A stretch of DNA of 64,000 nt, taken from the IMG/VR virus record IMGVR_UViG_3300050011_000393, positions 32,668-96,667 of that record, one strand, 5' to 3'. Below, piece by piece: positions 1 through 9,524 of the stretch. Under the pieces are notes generated by a model. The model did no database searches. It was not told the DNA's origin and was given only the letters and a program-made list of their open reading frames with translations. The first letter of the stretch is position 1. Each line of letters begins with the position of its first letter. A program made the position numbers and the translations under genes. The DNA comes from a virus.

Positions 1-1
1 G

Positions 2-133
2 AACGAAGCCAACCCCGATACGCTTTTGACGTCTTATAGAAATCATTTGCGGACGCATGCCTTGAATTTAGCAAACGCAAATCCGAATGATCGAGAGTTT
101 TTGACCGGATGGCTCTCGCGGATCAATTCATAA
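2..133 (+). CDS. C-terminal end of endolysin (GH108-type, PG_binding_3-like domain), 5'-truncated by window
   Basis: Manual translation NEANPDTLL...NPNDREFLTGWLSRINS*; FLxGWLxR is the typical C-terminus of GH108 lysins. Confidence 0.7.
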   Translation, partial: NEANPDTLLTSYRNHLRTHALNLANANPNDREFLTGWLSRINS

Positions 134-136
134 GGA

Positions 137-155
137 GACTAAACCATCCATAAGT
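137..155 (+). promoter_or_regulatory. Phage late-promoter-like motif GACT-N8-CATAAGT
   Basis: GACTAAACCATCCATAAGT, intergenic, one of 11 perfect copies. Confidence 0.75.
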
Positions 156-261
156 GTAAAAACAATTTGGGCGAGCGACGGCGCTACAAGGCTCTTCAGA
201 AATTGGGGCCAGTCAAAGAAATACCGTCGCCCTTTTTTCGCATAGGACAGGTGGTGGGGCC

Positions 262-447
262 ATGGGAGCAACACGAAGACTTCTGACGTATAAATGCGAA
301 AAAGGGCACGTAATGCAAAAAACATATCCTCTCGGGGTTCGGTTTGACGACGTAGACGAAACAACTTGTTCGGAGTGCTTGGCTGTGAGCGAAGTTAAAA
401 AAGCCTTCCTGATGTTCGCGGAGGCCGTCTCAGCAGTCCGCAAATAA
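262..447 (+). CDS. small Zn-ribbon protein
   Basis: CxxGH...CxxC pattern. Confidence 0.55.
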   Translation: MGATRRLLTYKCEKGHVMQKTYPLGVRFDDVDETTCSECLAVSEVKKAFLMFAEAVSAVRK

Positions 448-450
448 AAA

Positions 451-750
451 ATGACATCTGACTCACATCGGTACTATTGCCAGAGATGCGACCGTTTCCT
501 CTACGGAGCATTGTTGGCGGACCTTATTTCAGCGGTGAATATCCACGCGAGTTGTTTTCATCCGTCGGATTTTTCGGCCTGGACCGAAAAAGGAATTATC
601 TTGTCCGCTCAATACACTTATTTGGAGGGGGCGGTGCCGCCTTATTTACTATCGCAGGGAATTGTCGCCCCTCCTGCCGTTATCACTCTTCCGGAAATCA
701 CCGAGAACGACAGAAAAATGCTGGCCAAGGGGCATGTGAAATGGGACTAA
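451..750 (+). CDS. hypothetical Zn-finger protein with C-terminal ITENDRKML motif
   Basis: CxxC...HxxxxH; ORF packing. Confidence 0.6.
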   Translation: MTSDSHRYYCQRCDRFLYGALLADLISAVNIHASCFHPSDFSAWTEKGIILSAQYTYLEGAVPPYLLSQGIVAPPAVITLPEITENDRKMLAKGHVKWD

Positions 751-829
751 AACTCTTTTTGGTTTTTGTTTTTGTGTCGCTTCTTGGCGGGCTCTGCGAC
801 CGCTGGTACGCTGTTTGGAGGCATCGCAA

Positions 830-1015
830 ATGACGGCTACCGAAGAAAAACTTCTTGAACTCGGAAATGCCTTGGCGCGCGCAACAGGCCATCATATTGC
901 CCGAGGATGTCCGAAGATTTCTCCTGCGGTTCCGTGTACGTGTGGAGCAGGTCTAGAGCAAGCGAAGGCCCTAGACGCCTGGCAAAGATTTCTTGACCAA
1001 GTAAAGGAGCAGTGA
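830..1015 (+). CDS. hypothetical protein
   Basis: GGAGG RBS, overlaps next ORF. Confidence 0.55.
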   Translation: MTATEEKLLELGNALARATGHHIARGCPKISPAVPCTCGAGLEQAKALDAWQRFLDQVKEQ

Positions 1016-1605
1016 TGCCGCTCGACTTATGGAGCCAGGACTACTATAATCAAAAATCGTGGAAACGTGTGCATGACGCGCGTCCTGATGATTTTTTGCC
1101 ATATGACGAAGCAAAAGAAAAGTATATTGCAGAAAGTATTGAACCGACTCTCCAAAAGTATCGCCAGTCTGACCACGCCTGGTTCGCGGATTTTTCCCGC
1201 CGCAAAGGCGAAGTAATTCACTCCAGCGATTTAATTTATCGTCTTCAGCAACTGAATCCACACATCTTCGTGCAGCAACAGTATAACTTTCCGTCGGACT
1301 GGGGGCTGTACACCTCGGCTCTTGGCCGCATTCAGTTTTTGACCGGGTTGCCTAAGGGGTGGTTGACAGAATTTTCTTACGCGATCACAGATGACCGAGA
1401 TTTGCCGACAGAAGAGCGGCGGGGTTGGCGGACAGTTTTGGTCTACGCTTTGATGAAAGGTGCGATTACCTGGGAGCAGGTGATTGCTGAATTCGGCGAG
1501 CCGCAGGACGGGTTTAACGAGCAACGGTGGTGTGAGGCCACCGCCGCATTTCGCCATGGCGGAGACCAGATATCGCAGCGAAATATCGCGAACGTCCTCG
1601 ACTAA
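1012..1605 (+). CDS. hypothetical protein
   Basis: 197 aa ORF with AAGGAG RBS. Confidence 0.75.
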   Translation: MMPLDLWSQDYYNQKSWKRVHDARPDDFLPYDEAKEKYIAESIEPTLQKYRQSDHAWFADFSRRKGEVIHSSDLIYRLQQLNPHIFVQQQYNFPSDWGLYTSALGRIQFLTGLPKGWLTEFSYAITDDRDLPTEERRGWRTVLVYALMKGAITWEQVIAEFGEPQDGFNEQRWCEATAAFRHGGDQISQRNIANVLD

Positions 1606-1611
1606 CTTCTT

Positions 1612-1649
1612 ACAACTTATTACAGAAACTGACTAATCAAACCATAAGT
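1612..1649 (+). promoter_or_regulatory. Extended late motif ACAACTTATTACAGAAACT-GACT-N8-CATAAGT
   Basis: 23-nt upstream part identical to copy at 63018. Confidence 0.75.
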
Positions 1650-1688
1650 GAAGAGCAATCCAGTTGAGCAATTTCAAAGGCTATTTCA

Positions 1689-1859
1689 ATGGGCACGGAC
1701 AATCAAAACAATCGGTCTACGGCCATCACTCCCGAAATCGCAGGAAAAATCAACACAGACCTGCTCGCCGCCGTCAAGGAAGCATTCGAGGCAGGCGTAA
1801 TCGCAGGACAGCAACAAATCTTGACCGCCATACAAGAACGCATCGCCCGAGGAGAATAG
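1689..1859 (+). CDS. small hypothetical protein (56 aa)
   Basis: Manual translation MGTDNQNNRSTAITPEIAGK...ERIARGE*; fills gap after late motif. Confidence 0.55.
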   Translation: MGTDNQNNRSTAITPEIAGKINTDLLAAVKEAFEAGVIAGQQQILTAIQERIARGE

Positions 1860-1860
1860 C

Positions 1861-2388
1861 ATGTCGAACGAACAGAACAAACCGAACCCCGCAGTACCGC
1901 CCGAATTGATGACTCCCGCCGCGCAGGCGTATATGAACTCGCAGTTGAAGGAAACCGTCGCCGCGATGTTTCGTGAATTTGCCCCTATGCTTCAGAGTAT
2001 CGCTCTGACGCCCGATAAAATTCAGGCCATGGAAGAGGCTCGTCGTGCGCCCTCCGAGGAAGTGGTGAAACGCAAAGCCCGCGAGCTCCGAGAAAGAAAG
2101 ATGCAGCAAGCGGACCTCGAAGAAGCCCGCCAGCGCCAGCAAGCACTGCAAGATTCTTGCCCGCATAAATATTCTAACGGCCAGTTGTCTCTGGCTGTGA
2201 TCTCGAACCGTCCAGACCGCCAGCGCCTGCTGATTTGTTTGAAAAATCATTGCATGATTGTGCCAGGCATGTGGGTTGTCGGACCCCCGACCGAAGACCA
2301 TCCGCGCGGCCGGGTTTATTTCGAAAAACCGCACCCCGACTATCGCCGTCTGATTCAGGAATACGATACGGTCCATCAAGAAGGATAA
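1861..2388 (+). CDS. hypothetical coiled-coil/Zn-binding protein
   Basis: GAGGAG RBS, 175 aa. Confidence 0.7.
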   Translation: MSNEQNKPNPAVPPELMTPAAQAYMNSQLKETVAAMFREFAPMLQSIALTPDKIQAMEEARRAPSEEVVKRKARELRERKMQQADLEEARQRQQALQDSCPHKYSNGQLSLAVISNRPDRQRLLICLKNHCMIVPGMWVVGPPTEDHPRGRVYFEKPHPDYRRLIQEYDTVHQEG

Positions 2389-2394
2389 AATCTC

Positions 2395-2429
2395 TTGACA
2401 TTTAGAGAAGTCAATAGTACTTTAGTACT
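2395..2429 (+). promoter_or_regulatory. sigma70 promoter with overlapping GTAC-N4-GTAC operator
   Basis: TTGACA-N17-TACTTT; AGTACTTTAGTACT over the -10. Confidence 0.6.
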
Positions 2430-2446
2430 GCGGAGGGTTTAGGTTC

Positions 2447-3223
2447 ATGAGCGCACCAAAACCGAACGGTATCGTGCTGTTGATTCCGTCCAATGGGCGG
2501 AATACTTGTATTGAATGGGCGGCGGCCTTAGCGTCGTTCAGCTATCCAGTGGGAATGAACCACTTTCTGTACATGAGCAAGGCCGACCCGGACGGCGGCC
2601 ACACGCGCGCAGAACAGCGTGAAATGCTGGCCGATATGGCGGTCAAGATCAATTCCGAATACATGATGTGGATTGATGACGACACAGTCTGCCCCGCCAC
2701 CACGATTCAAGAACTGTTCTACATCCTGGCACAAAACCCCAAGGCCGCTATCGCAGGCGGTATCTACTGCACGAAATCACACCCCTCCGAACCGATTGTG
2801 TTTTTGGAACTCGGCGGCGGTCCTCACTGGCTATGGACCATGGGTGACGTATTTCCATGCAAGGGCCTCGGCACTGGGTGCATGATGGTTCGCACCAGCG
2901 TTTTGAAGGACCTCCCCAAACCGTGGTTTCAAGACACGTCGAAATCGATTGCGGGGGAGACCGAAGTGCGCGGCGGAGAAACGATTAACGTCGCCGCCCG
3001 AACCGGAACCGATGACTTGTACTTCTGCAAGAAAGTTTCTGAAGCGGGATATGACATCATCGCGCACGGGGGCATTTTACCTGTTCACGTTGATTATTCA
3101 GTGAATCCCAACGTCCCCTATAAACTCCCGAAGAACAGCCATCCAGTGACCTCATATCAAGAGCGCCTAGACGCCTTGAACGCCACGCTGCCACCTGACC
3201 AGCAGAAAGTGTTGCTGCCATGA
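2447..3223 (+). CDS. GT-A fold glycosyltransferase
   Basis: YMMWIDDD (DxD), GLGTGCMMV, PKPWF, TDDLYFCKK motifs. Confidence 0.85.
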   Translation: MSAPKPNGIVLLIPSNGRNTCIEWAAALASFSYPVGMNHFLYMSKADPDGGHTRAEQREMLADMAVKINSEYMMWIDDDTVCPATTIQELFYILAQNPKAAIAGGIYCTKSHPSEPIVFLELGGGPHWLWTMGDVFPCKGLGTGCMMVRTSVLKDLPKPWFQDTSKSIAGETEVRGGETINVAARTGTDDLYFCKKVSEAGYDIIAHGGILPVHVDYSVNPNVPYKLPKNSHPVTSYQERLDALNATLPPDQQKVLLP

Positions 3224-4104
3224 CGGACCTGGTGATCGGCTTCGCCGCAAATTTCACCTGGAAAGACCTCGAACCCTTCGCTGTTTCTCTTGCCCGATCA
3301 GGGTATACAGGAAAAAAAGTTTTGTTCGCGCAACGGTTGACTCAAGAGGCATGCGACTTTTTGACGTCTTTCGGCTTTGAATTACTTCCTCTTCCCGTGC
3401 TTGAGTACTCCGACCCTGAAATTACGAAGGGCGGGTACTTCGCTTACGTGGCGCGCTTCCTCTTGATTCATCGCTACCTGTACGACAACCCCGATTATAG
3501 ATTTGTGGTGTGCGCCGATACGCGTGACGTCATATTCCAGCACGACCCGATGGCATGGATCGAGAAAAATATCGGCGACAAAGGTATCGTCGCGGCGTCC
3601 GAACATATTTATCACTGGGCCCAAAAAGGAAACACTGACTGGGTCATGAAGAATTTCAAGGAAGTCGACTCTTGGATGATGTCTCAGCCCGTGTATTGTT
3701 CTGGTCTGATCTCGGGGCGCGCAGACTACATCCGAGACTTGGCCATGAGCATTTATTTGATGGGCCGCGCACTAAGCGGAAATACCTGGGGAGCAGACCA
3801 GCCATCATATAACTCAATCATACACCAGAAAGCGTACGCGGACGCAACTCTGGTTCCATCCATGTCCGATGCGTACTGCCTACACTTGGTAGTGGTGGCT
3901 TTTGAAGAATATCGCAAAATGATGACCGATGCTCCCCCTCCAGTTCAGTTTGGGACCTGCTCGTCTGATGGCATCAACCCGCCTAATATGTGGGACTACG
4001 ACCTTCGGGACCTGTCTAATTTCTCGGTCATTCACCAATACGACAGAATGCCGAAGCTGGCCGAACAGATTCGCGCGAAATATAAGATGGGTTCGGAAAA
4101 GTGA
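3220..4104 (+). CDS. glycosyltransferase-like (nucleotide-diphospho-sugar transferase)
   Basis: CADTRDVIFQHDP, CSG...G, ADQ..YN, VIHQYDR motifs. Confidence 0.8.
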   Translation: MTDLVIGFAANFTWKDLEPFAVSLARSGYTGKKVLFAQRLTQEACDFLTSFGFELLPLPVLEYSDPEITKGGYFAYVARFLLIHRYLYDNPDYRFVVCADTRDVIFQHDPMAWIEKNIGDKGIVAASEHIYHWAQKGNTDWVMKNFKEVDSWMMSQPVYCSGLISGRADYIRDLAMSIYLMGRALSGNTWGADQPSYNSIIHQKAYADATLVPSMSDAYCLHLVVVAFEEYRKMMTDAPPPVQFGTCSSDGINPPNMWDYDLRDLSNFSVIHQYDRMPKLAEQIRAKYKMGSEK

Positions 4105-4121
4105 CTTGTTCCTCCATAAGT
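4103..4121 (+). promoter_or_regulatory. late motif GACT-N8-CATAAGT
   Basis: GACTTGTTCCTCCATAAGT overlapping upstream stop codon. Confidence 0.75.
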
Positions 4122-4173
4122 AGAGAGCCACTAAGGTCTCCTGCAGGTTCCCTGTAGACAAGAGGAAAAGACA

Positions 4174-5145
4174 ATGGCAAATATCGTTAGCTCGCGCGGG
4201 CATAATTCATCCTTTCGAGGCGCATCTGCCCCGAGCGCATTTTATCAAATTTTGACGTCCGATTTCGGTGAACCAGTCCCAGCCGCTCCTGCGCTGACTG
4301 TTCGCACTGCTTCGGGCACGATTACCTCCACCACTTCCAACATTCAGTTGACTTGGATCACAGCAGAAGGCGTTTCGCTTCCATCAACGAGCACAGGCGT
4401 CCTAGTGAACTCGGCCGACGGCGGTGTTTCTATCGTACAGCCGACGGTGCCAACAAACGGCCAGACCGTCATCGGGTGGCAGATTTATTCGCAGGGTTCG
4501 ACGGGCGCTCCGCTGTTGAATACGGCGGGCATTGTTCCTGCTCCTCAGAATTTTACGACTACGCAAGGCGTTGTGGTCGGGTTCCCTGTGAACACGACAA
4601 CGGTTTTCCAGAACAGCCTTGGTACAGGCGCAGTGGTTCCTGCAATCGACCGCTCAGGTATTCAGCCCGCTCTGCCTTCGGTTGTAGCTGCGACTGGCAG
4701 CACGCAAGGCAATGTCGCAACTGCTACTTTCATCGTGCCGAACAACGGCTCGCAATGGAAGACTTACAAATCTGTCGGTGTGATGCGCCCTGACTCGACT
4801 CCCGAAAACTTTGGGATCAGTTCCAATTATCCTTGGGATTGTCAAGCCCCTCTTTATCCTGGCGCAACACCCGGAGCCACCACTTACACGCAAGTGGCGG
4901 TGACCCCAGGAACTTATATGACGATGAACGGCACGCTGTTTGTCTCCACTCTGGCAACCAACAGCACAGCCGCAACATTCGTCGGTGCAGCCGCATTTAA
5001 CGTCGCCAAGGGGTCAACTGTAACAGATGGTTCCGTGACGTGGCTCTGCCTCGGAAAAGCGACGGTGATTAAGGCCGTCTTTGAGAACGCAGGCACAACC
5101 ACTACCCAACCCGTGGCGCAGGAGTACGATTTGTACCAGAACTAA
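4174..5145 (+). CDS. virion structural protein (beta-rich)
   Basis: T/G/S-rich, TDGSVTW motif, follows late motif. Confidence 0.65.
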   Translation: MANIVSSRGHNSSFRGASAPSAFYQILTSDFGEPVPAAPALTVRTASGTITSTTSNIQLTWITAEGVSLPSTSTGVLVNSADGGVSIVQPTVPTNGQTVIGWQIYSQGSTGAPLLNTAGIVPAPQNFTTTQGVVVGFPVNTTTVFQNSLGTGAVVPAIDRSGIQPALPSVVAATGSTQGNVATATFIVPNNGSQWKTYKSVGVMRPDSTPENFGISSNYPWDCQAPLYPGATPGATTYTQVAVTPGTYMTMNGTLFVSTLATNSTAATFVGAAAFNVAKGSTVTDGSVTWLCLGKATVIKAVFENAGTTTTQPVAQEYDLYQN

Positions 5146-5240
5146 AATTTCGGCACGGGCTCGCAGACGTTATCTGAGACTCTGTGGGCCCCTCGCCTTA
5201 AAATGCAGTAGAACTAAAAATTAAAACGGAGGCACCATCA

Positions 5241-5591
5241 ATGAGCGAAACACAAGCCGTACCTGTTGCGGGGACACCCGCTCCAGTAGCAACACCGAAG
5301 CCGAACGCGATTCAACTTATCGAAGCCGAACTCGCAAATTTCATCAAGCAGGCAGAAGTAGCGGCCAAGAATACGGAACAGGCTGTCGCCAATGTTCACG
5401 CTATTCAGGGCGCGATTCAAGGCACCAAGCACCTGTTGGCCAAGCTGCAAGGTGCAGCCATTGCCGCCGAAGCTGAAGTGAAGAAGGTCCTCGGCGAAGC
5501 GAAGCCTGAAGCCGTGAAGATTGTGACGGAAGTCGAGACCGAAGAGAAAACGGTCGTCGCGGATATCGAAGCCGAAGCGAAGAAACTGTAG
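5241..5591 (+). CDS. hypothetical Ala/Glu-rich helical protein
   Basis: GGAGG RBS, 116 aa. Confidence 0.7.
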   Translation: MSETQAVPVAGTPAPVATPKPNAIQLIEAELANFIKQAEVAAKNTEQAVANVHAIQGAIQGTKHLLAKLQGAAIAAEAEVKKVLGEAKPEAVKIVTEVETEEKTVVADIEAEAKKL

Positions 5592-5641
5592 TTATACCGA
5601 TCTTCCAGAGACCTGCTGCTCACAGGACTGGATTGCTCCGA

Positions 5642-5682
5642 ACGCCCTGCTTCGCTAAAAACGGAGCAGGGCGTCTTTATTT
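5642..5682 (+). terminator. probable intrinsic terminator
   Basis: ACGCCCTGCTTCG...CGGAGCAGGGCGT hairpin followed by T-rich tract. Confidence 0.5.
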
Positions 5683-5695
5683 CAGGAGAAAAAGA

Positions 5696-7093
5696 ATGAA
5701 TTCGAACGGTGTACCAAACGTCAATCAGACCACCACTCTCCAGGCGATGGCGGATCAATTACGCATCCATACAAAGCTCCAGAACTACTTTAATGTGGGC
5801 GGGGTCGACAGCCAACCGATGCTACGTTTGGCCGACAACGTGATGCAGATGTTGCTCACCAAGCGAATGCCGTGGAAATTTAACCGCGTTCAGATGGGGT
5901 CCAATAACCCTGCCGTCAATCCTGATTTTTTCGTCACGCAAATGGGTTTCCAAGATTTTAAACATGCGGGAGCTTCTTGTTTCGCTCTGATCAACAGCGT
6001 AACTCCTGGCGGCCAGCTTCCTGCAGGCGGCGCGGGCGTGGATTTAGCGCCAGGCGTGTACCAGAACGGCAACGCACGCATTACGTATGGGCCGTTCAAC
6101 GGGGGTAATTCCTATGGGCCGACGGGAAATTGGCAAACCGCCGGAATAATATTCAACCCTACAACTGGTAATTTTACAGTTCAGTTTCTTGATCCCCACC
6201 CGTTTCAAGCCGGAAATATAGGGACGTCTCAAATTCTTATATCGGGCGTCGTTAATCCGGCGTTCAACAGCACATTCACGTACAACCAATTAGCCCAGAC
6301 CAGCCAATGGATCGGCAGCTATACCCTGGTCTCGATTCCCGACAATTTTCATATCGTACTGCAGGGCAACTCCAATCACAGCGGCGCAATCTCGAATATA
6401 TCCGCTTCGGGCAGTATCACAACGGTCTCGGTCGCTCAGACCATGACGCCTGGCGACATCATGACGTTCACTGGCGTCACGACCAACAGCGCACTGAATG
6501 GGCTGACAGTCACGCTCCTGACCGCTACAGGCAACGCAGTGACGTTTCTGACCCCATCAGGCGTAACGATCACGAACGGAGTTGATACGGGCACCATGTA
6601 CGCGGCCCCGTCTGGCGCGCCCGGCATCTGGAATCTGGGATGGGTCGAGTCGGCTGCAGTAATCGATATCAACAATCCAAGTTTTCCTCTACCTATATCT
6701 CCGATTGATGCGGTGCATCGTCTTGCTCCCGAGTATTCCAGTCGCGGAGAAGACATGAACCTGTCGTGCGAAATCGATTTCGGTAATGGAGTCGTGAAAT
6801 TTAGATTGTCCGAGCCTGTCAGCACGTATCCATTCGCTTTCAGCGTCAACTACCAAGCGAAGGCTCCGAAATTTACATCTGGCCAATCAATTTTTCAATG
6901 GCCTGATGATTTATCCTACGTGTTGTTTGAGATGCTGCTTTGGCAGGGCATGCGCTTCGCGTACGGGATTACTTCGGCTGAGACCCAAGCACAGGCGCAG
7001 TCAGCGCAGATGGCGCTTATGGCGGCTCTGGCTTCCGAAGACCGCGAAGATAATGTTCAGGCGATTACGCCGAATCGTTCGCTGATGATGTAA
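5696..7093 (+). CDS. head-tail adaptor-like virion protein with inserted beta domains
   Basis: N-terminal helices with PWKFN, C-terminal WPDDL helical part; position in tail module. Confidence 0.55.
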   Translation: MNSNGVPNVNQTTTLQAMADQLRIHTKLQNYFNVGGVDSQPMLRLADNVMQMLLTKRMPWKFNRVQMGSNNPAVNPDFFVTQMGFQDFKHAGASCFALINSVTPGGQLPAGGAGVDLAPGVYQNGNARITYGPFNGGNSYGPTGNWQTAGIIFNPTTGNFTVQFLDPHPFQAGNIGTSQILISGVVNPAFNSTFTYNQLAQTSQWIGSYTLVSIPDNFHIVLQGNSNHSGAISNISASGSITTVSVAQTMTPGDIMTFTGVTTNSALNGLTVTLLTATGNAVTFLTPSGVTITNGVDTGTMYAAPSGAPGIWNLGWVESAAVIDINNPSFPLPISPIDAVHRLAPEYSSRGEDMNLSCEIDFGNGVVKFRLSEPVSTYPFAFSVNYQAKAPKFTSGQSIFQWPDDLSYVLFEMLLWQGMRFAYGITSAETQAQAQSAQMALMAALASEDREDNVQAITPNRSLMM

Positions 7094-7103
7094 TCGAGGA
7101 TTT

Positions 7104-7448
7104 GTGATCACACTTACGGGCGGAAATATTGGAGTGCCGAACGGGTCCATCCGATTTCAGTTGAACCAGGATGCGCGGGTTGTCGCTGCACCATACGGCC
7201 AGGTTCCCGCAACTCTTGTGGTCACGTACCAGTTCGACGCCACGGGCAATCTGATTCAACCTTGTCCGCTATGGTCGAACGCAGAACTGACGCCACAGCT
7301 TTCGAATGTCTTGCTAGGGACTTTTTATCTTGTTGCAGTTTATTCGCAAAGCGGGGCGCTAGTATCGGGTCCGATGCGCTGGATTTTTCCGAACCCGAGC
7401 GGTTCAACTGTTGACATCGGAACGATGGTTGCGCTGGAAGTTGAATAG
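7104..7448 (+). CDS. tail-fibre N-terminal attachment domain as a separate ORF
   Basis: Clear paralog of first ~125 aa of 9524..11500 (PNGSIRFQLN.DA..AAPYG...WSN.EL.PQ). Confidence 0.75.
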   Translation: MITLTGGNIGVPNGSIRFQLNQDARVVAAPYGQVPATLVVTYQFDATGNLIQPCPLWSNAELTPQLSNVLLGTFYLVAVYSQSGALVSGPMRWIFPNPSGSTVDIGTMVALEVE

Positions 7449-7457
7449 GAGTTTTAT

Positions 7458-9524
7458 ATGGGTCAAATTTATTATCCATCGCCGTTCACCTTCATACCTG
7501 AGCCGCCTAATGTTGTTCTGGCGGGTCCTGCTTCTGGGAGCTCGGCTTTGCCGACATTTCGCGCGCTCGTGGCGGCGGACTTACCCGCAGTCGCATCGGC
7601 GTCCGTTCAGTCGCTTGATGTGTCGACTTTCGCTGGCGCAGACTTGGGTGCGAAGTTACTTGCAGCCCAGGCAGTCGCTCCCGCTGCGGGATGTGTTCTC
7701 GACTGTCGCAACCTCACATCACCCCAGACTCTGTCCACTGCGGTCAACATTACTGGCCCTCACCGAATCTTGGCGACGGGCTTAGTTGTCACCCAGACGG
7801 CAACGATCACGTTGACAGGGAATAACTCGGGCGTCCTCGGCACGCCTGGCCGCGCGTTCATTTTCAACAAAGGCGCGAACCTTGCCCAGCAGATTATCAT
7901 CACTGGTAATGACGTGGTTGTGGATAACGTAACGCTGAACGGTGCAATAGGGTCTGGGTATACAGGCAACGGCATTCAGGTCACGCTAGGCGCGCTCCGT
8001 CCTATCATTTCTAACTCGACAATCACAGGTCAGTTCACCGACGCGATTCATGACTTGGGCTCAACGGACTTGGATCTTAGTTTTTGTGATCTCACCGCCT
8101 TCGGCGTGAATGGTTTCAACGCGACCTCGGCAAATACCTTGTATGCACGCATCGTCGGCACCACAATTGTGGACTCTGCCACCTCGACAGGGAACGCGGT
8201 CGTGGTGCGCGGCGGTATATTCCTCACCGATTGTCGCATCCTCACCAGCAGCAATAATGTCTGCGTGAACAATATTGGGTCTGTCACAATCGTAAGCTGC
8301 TTCATCAGTAACACAGGCGGCAACAGTTGTTATACTGCTTCGGCGCACGTAGGAAACATCTCATCTTCTACCCTTAGCGGCGGTGGAACTGTATCGGCAG
8401 TTGTTCAACCTTGCGTCTATGCAACACAAGGGACCCTGACCCTGACGGGGAACACGATCCAAGGTGCAGGTGTTGGCTACGCAGTCCATGCCGACAGTTT
8501 ACAAAATGGAAACCTGATCATCGCCCATAACCAGCTCGGTCAGTCTTTTACTTCGCAGGGGTATGCCATCATTTGGTTATCCGGCGACTCGATTGGTATG
8601 GTCGTTCACCACAACTCCATTATATTTGCTGATAACTCGCCTACGGGTGTTAACTACGGTATCTGGCTGCAAACACCTAACGGCGCTCACTGCATTCAAC
8701 ACCGTATTGAAGACAACATTTTCCGTGCTGGTGGCGGCGGTAGCCTCGACGATATCGGAATCTTGCTAGACAATACGACTAGCAACGGGGTAAGCAGCGG
8801 ACACATCATCAGCAGAAACTCTTTTGTGGATATGACGGTAGGCATTGCGCGGAACGATCCGCCGTCGTATATGACATGCCTTTTCGAGGAAAATACTACC
8901 AACACCGGACCTATTTTCCAGACTCCAGTCGCAGGTGGCACCCTAGACGTCATTATCTCGCACTATGTGCCTTTCACTGTCGCGACTCTTCCGGTTTGCG
9001 GTGCTGGCTCGGAAATCCTTGTATCTGACGGGTTGCCAACAAGTCCGGTTAGAGCAGGTGCGGGATACTATCCACAGACTACGATTGCGACCCCGACATC
9101 TGCCGGATGGGCTGCAATGACTTCGCCTGTTGTGGCTCAGGTCAACCTAACTGCGCAAACAGCTACGTTGGCTAACCAGTATATTCCGGCCTCCGCACCG
9201 TTTTATGCGTCCGGACAGTACTTACTGACGTGGAATGCCAAACTAACGACGGTCGGGTCGGTCTCATCCACGCTCGGTCAAATGTACATCATGTACACCG
9301 ATCCAGATGGCACCGCTATAACTTTGAGCGCCACGGCTATGATTCCCGCCGGGACCTTTGCTCTGACAAGCGCGGCCAACACGGTTGCAGGGGCGGTTCT
9401 AATCGGCATGCCGCTGCTGTTGAATGTTAAACAGGGCGCGCGAATTTTATACAGCTTTGTTTTCGCACAAAGCGGCTCTCCGGCCGCTCAGTATAATCTC
9501 AACATTTGTTTGGAGATTCGATAA
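7458..9524 (+). CDS. tailspike / right-handed beta-helix receptor-binding protein
   Basis: Repeating beta-helix pattern (IxxNxI, GIxL); ADLGAKL...LDCR head motif. Confidence 0.75.
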   Translation: MGQIYYPSPFTFIPEPPNVVLAGPASGSSALPTFRALVAADLPAVASASVQSLDVSTFAGADLGAKLLAAQAVAPAAGCVLDCRNLTSPQTLSTAVNITGPHRILATGLVVTQTATITLTGNNSGVLGTPGRAFIFNKGANLAQQIIITGNDVVVDNVTLNGAIGSGYTGNGIQVTLGALRPIISNSTITGQFTDAIHDLGSTDLDLSFCDLTAFGVNGFNATSANTLYARIVGTTIVDSATSTGNAVVVRGGIFLTDCRILTSSNNVCVNNIGSVTIVSCFISNTGGNSCYTASAHVGNISSSTLSGGGTVSAVVQPCVYATQGTLTLTGNTIQGAGVGYAVHADSLQNGNLIIAHNQLGQSFTSQGYAIIWLSGDSIGMVVHHNSIIFADNSPTGVNYGIWLQTPNGAHCIQHRIEDNIFRAGGGGSLDDIGILLDNTTSNGVSSGHIISRNSFVDMTVGIARNDPPSYMTCLFEENTTNTGPIFQTPVAGGTLDVIISHYVPFTVATLPVCGAGSEILVSDGLPTSPVRAGAGYYPQTTIATPTSAGWAAMTSPVVAQVNLTAQTATLANQYIPASAPFYASGQYLLTWNAKLTTVGSVSSTLGQMYIMYTDPDGTAITLSATAMIPAGTFALTSAANTVAGAVLIGMPLLLNVKQGARILYSFVFAQSGSPAAQYNLNICLEIR

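Noticed and set aside
7446-7448. Genome-wide TAG recoding
   Set aside because: Other genes end normally at TAG, long genes are intact and no suppressor tRNA is present
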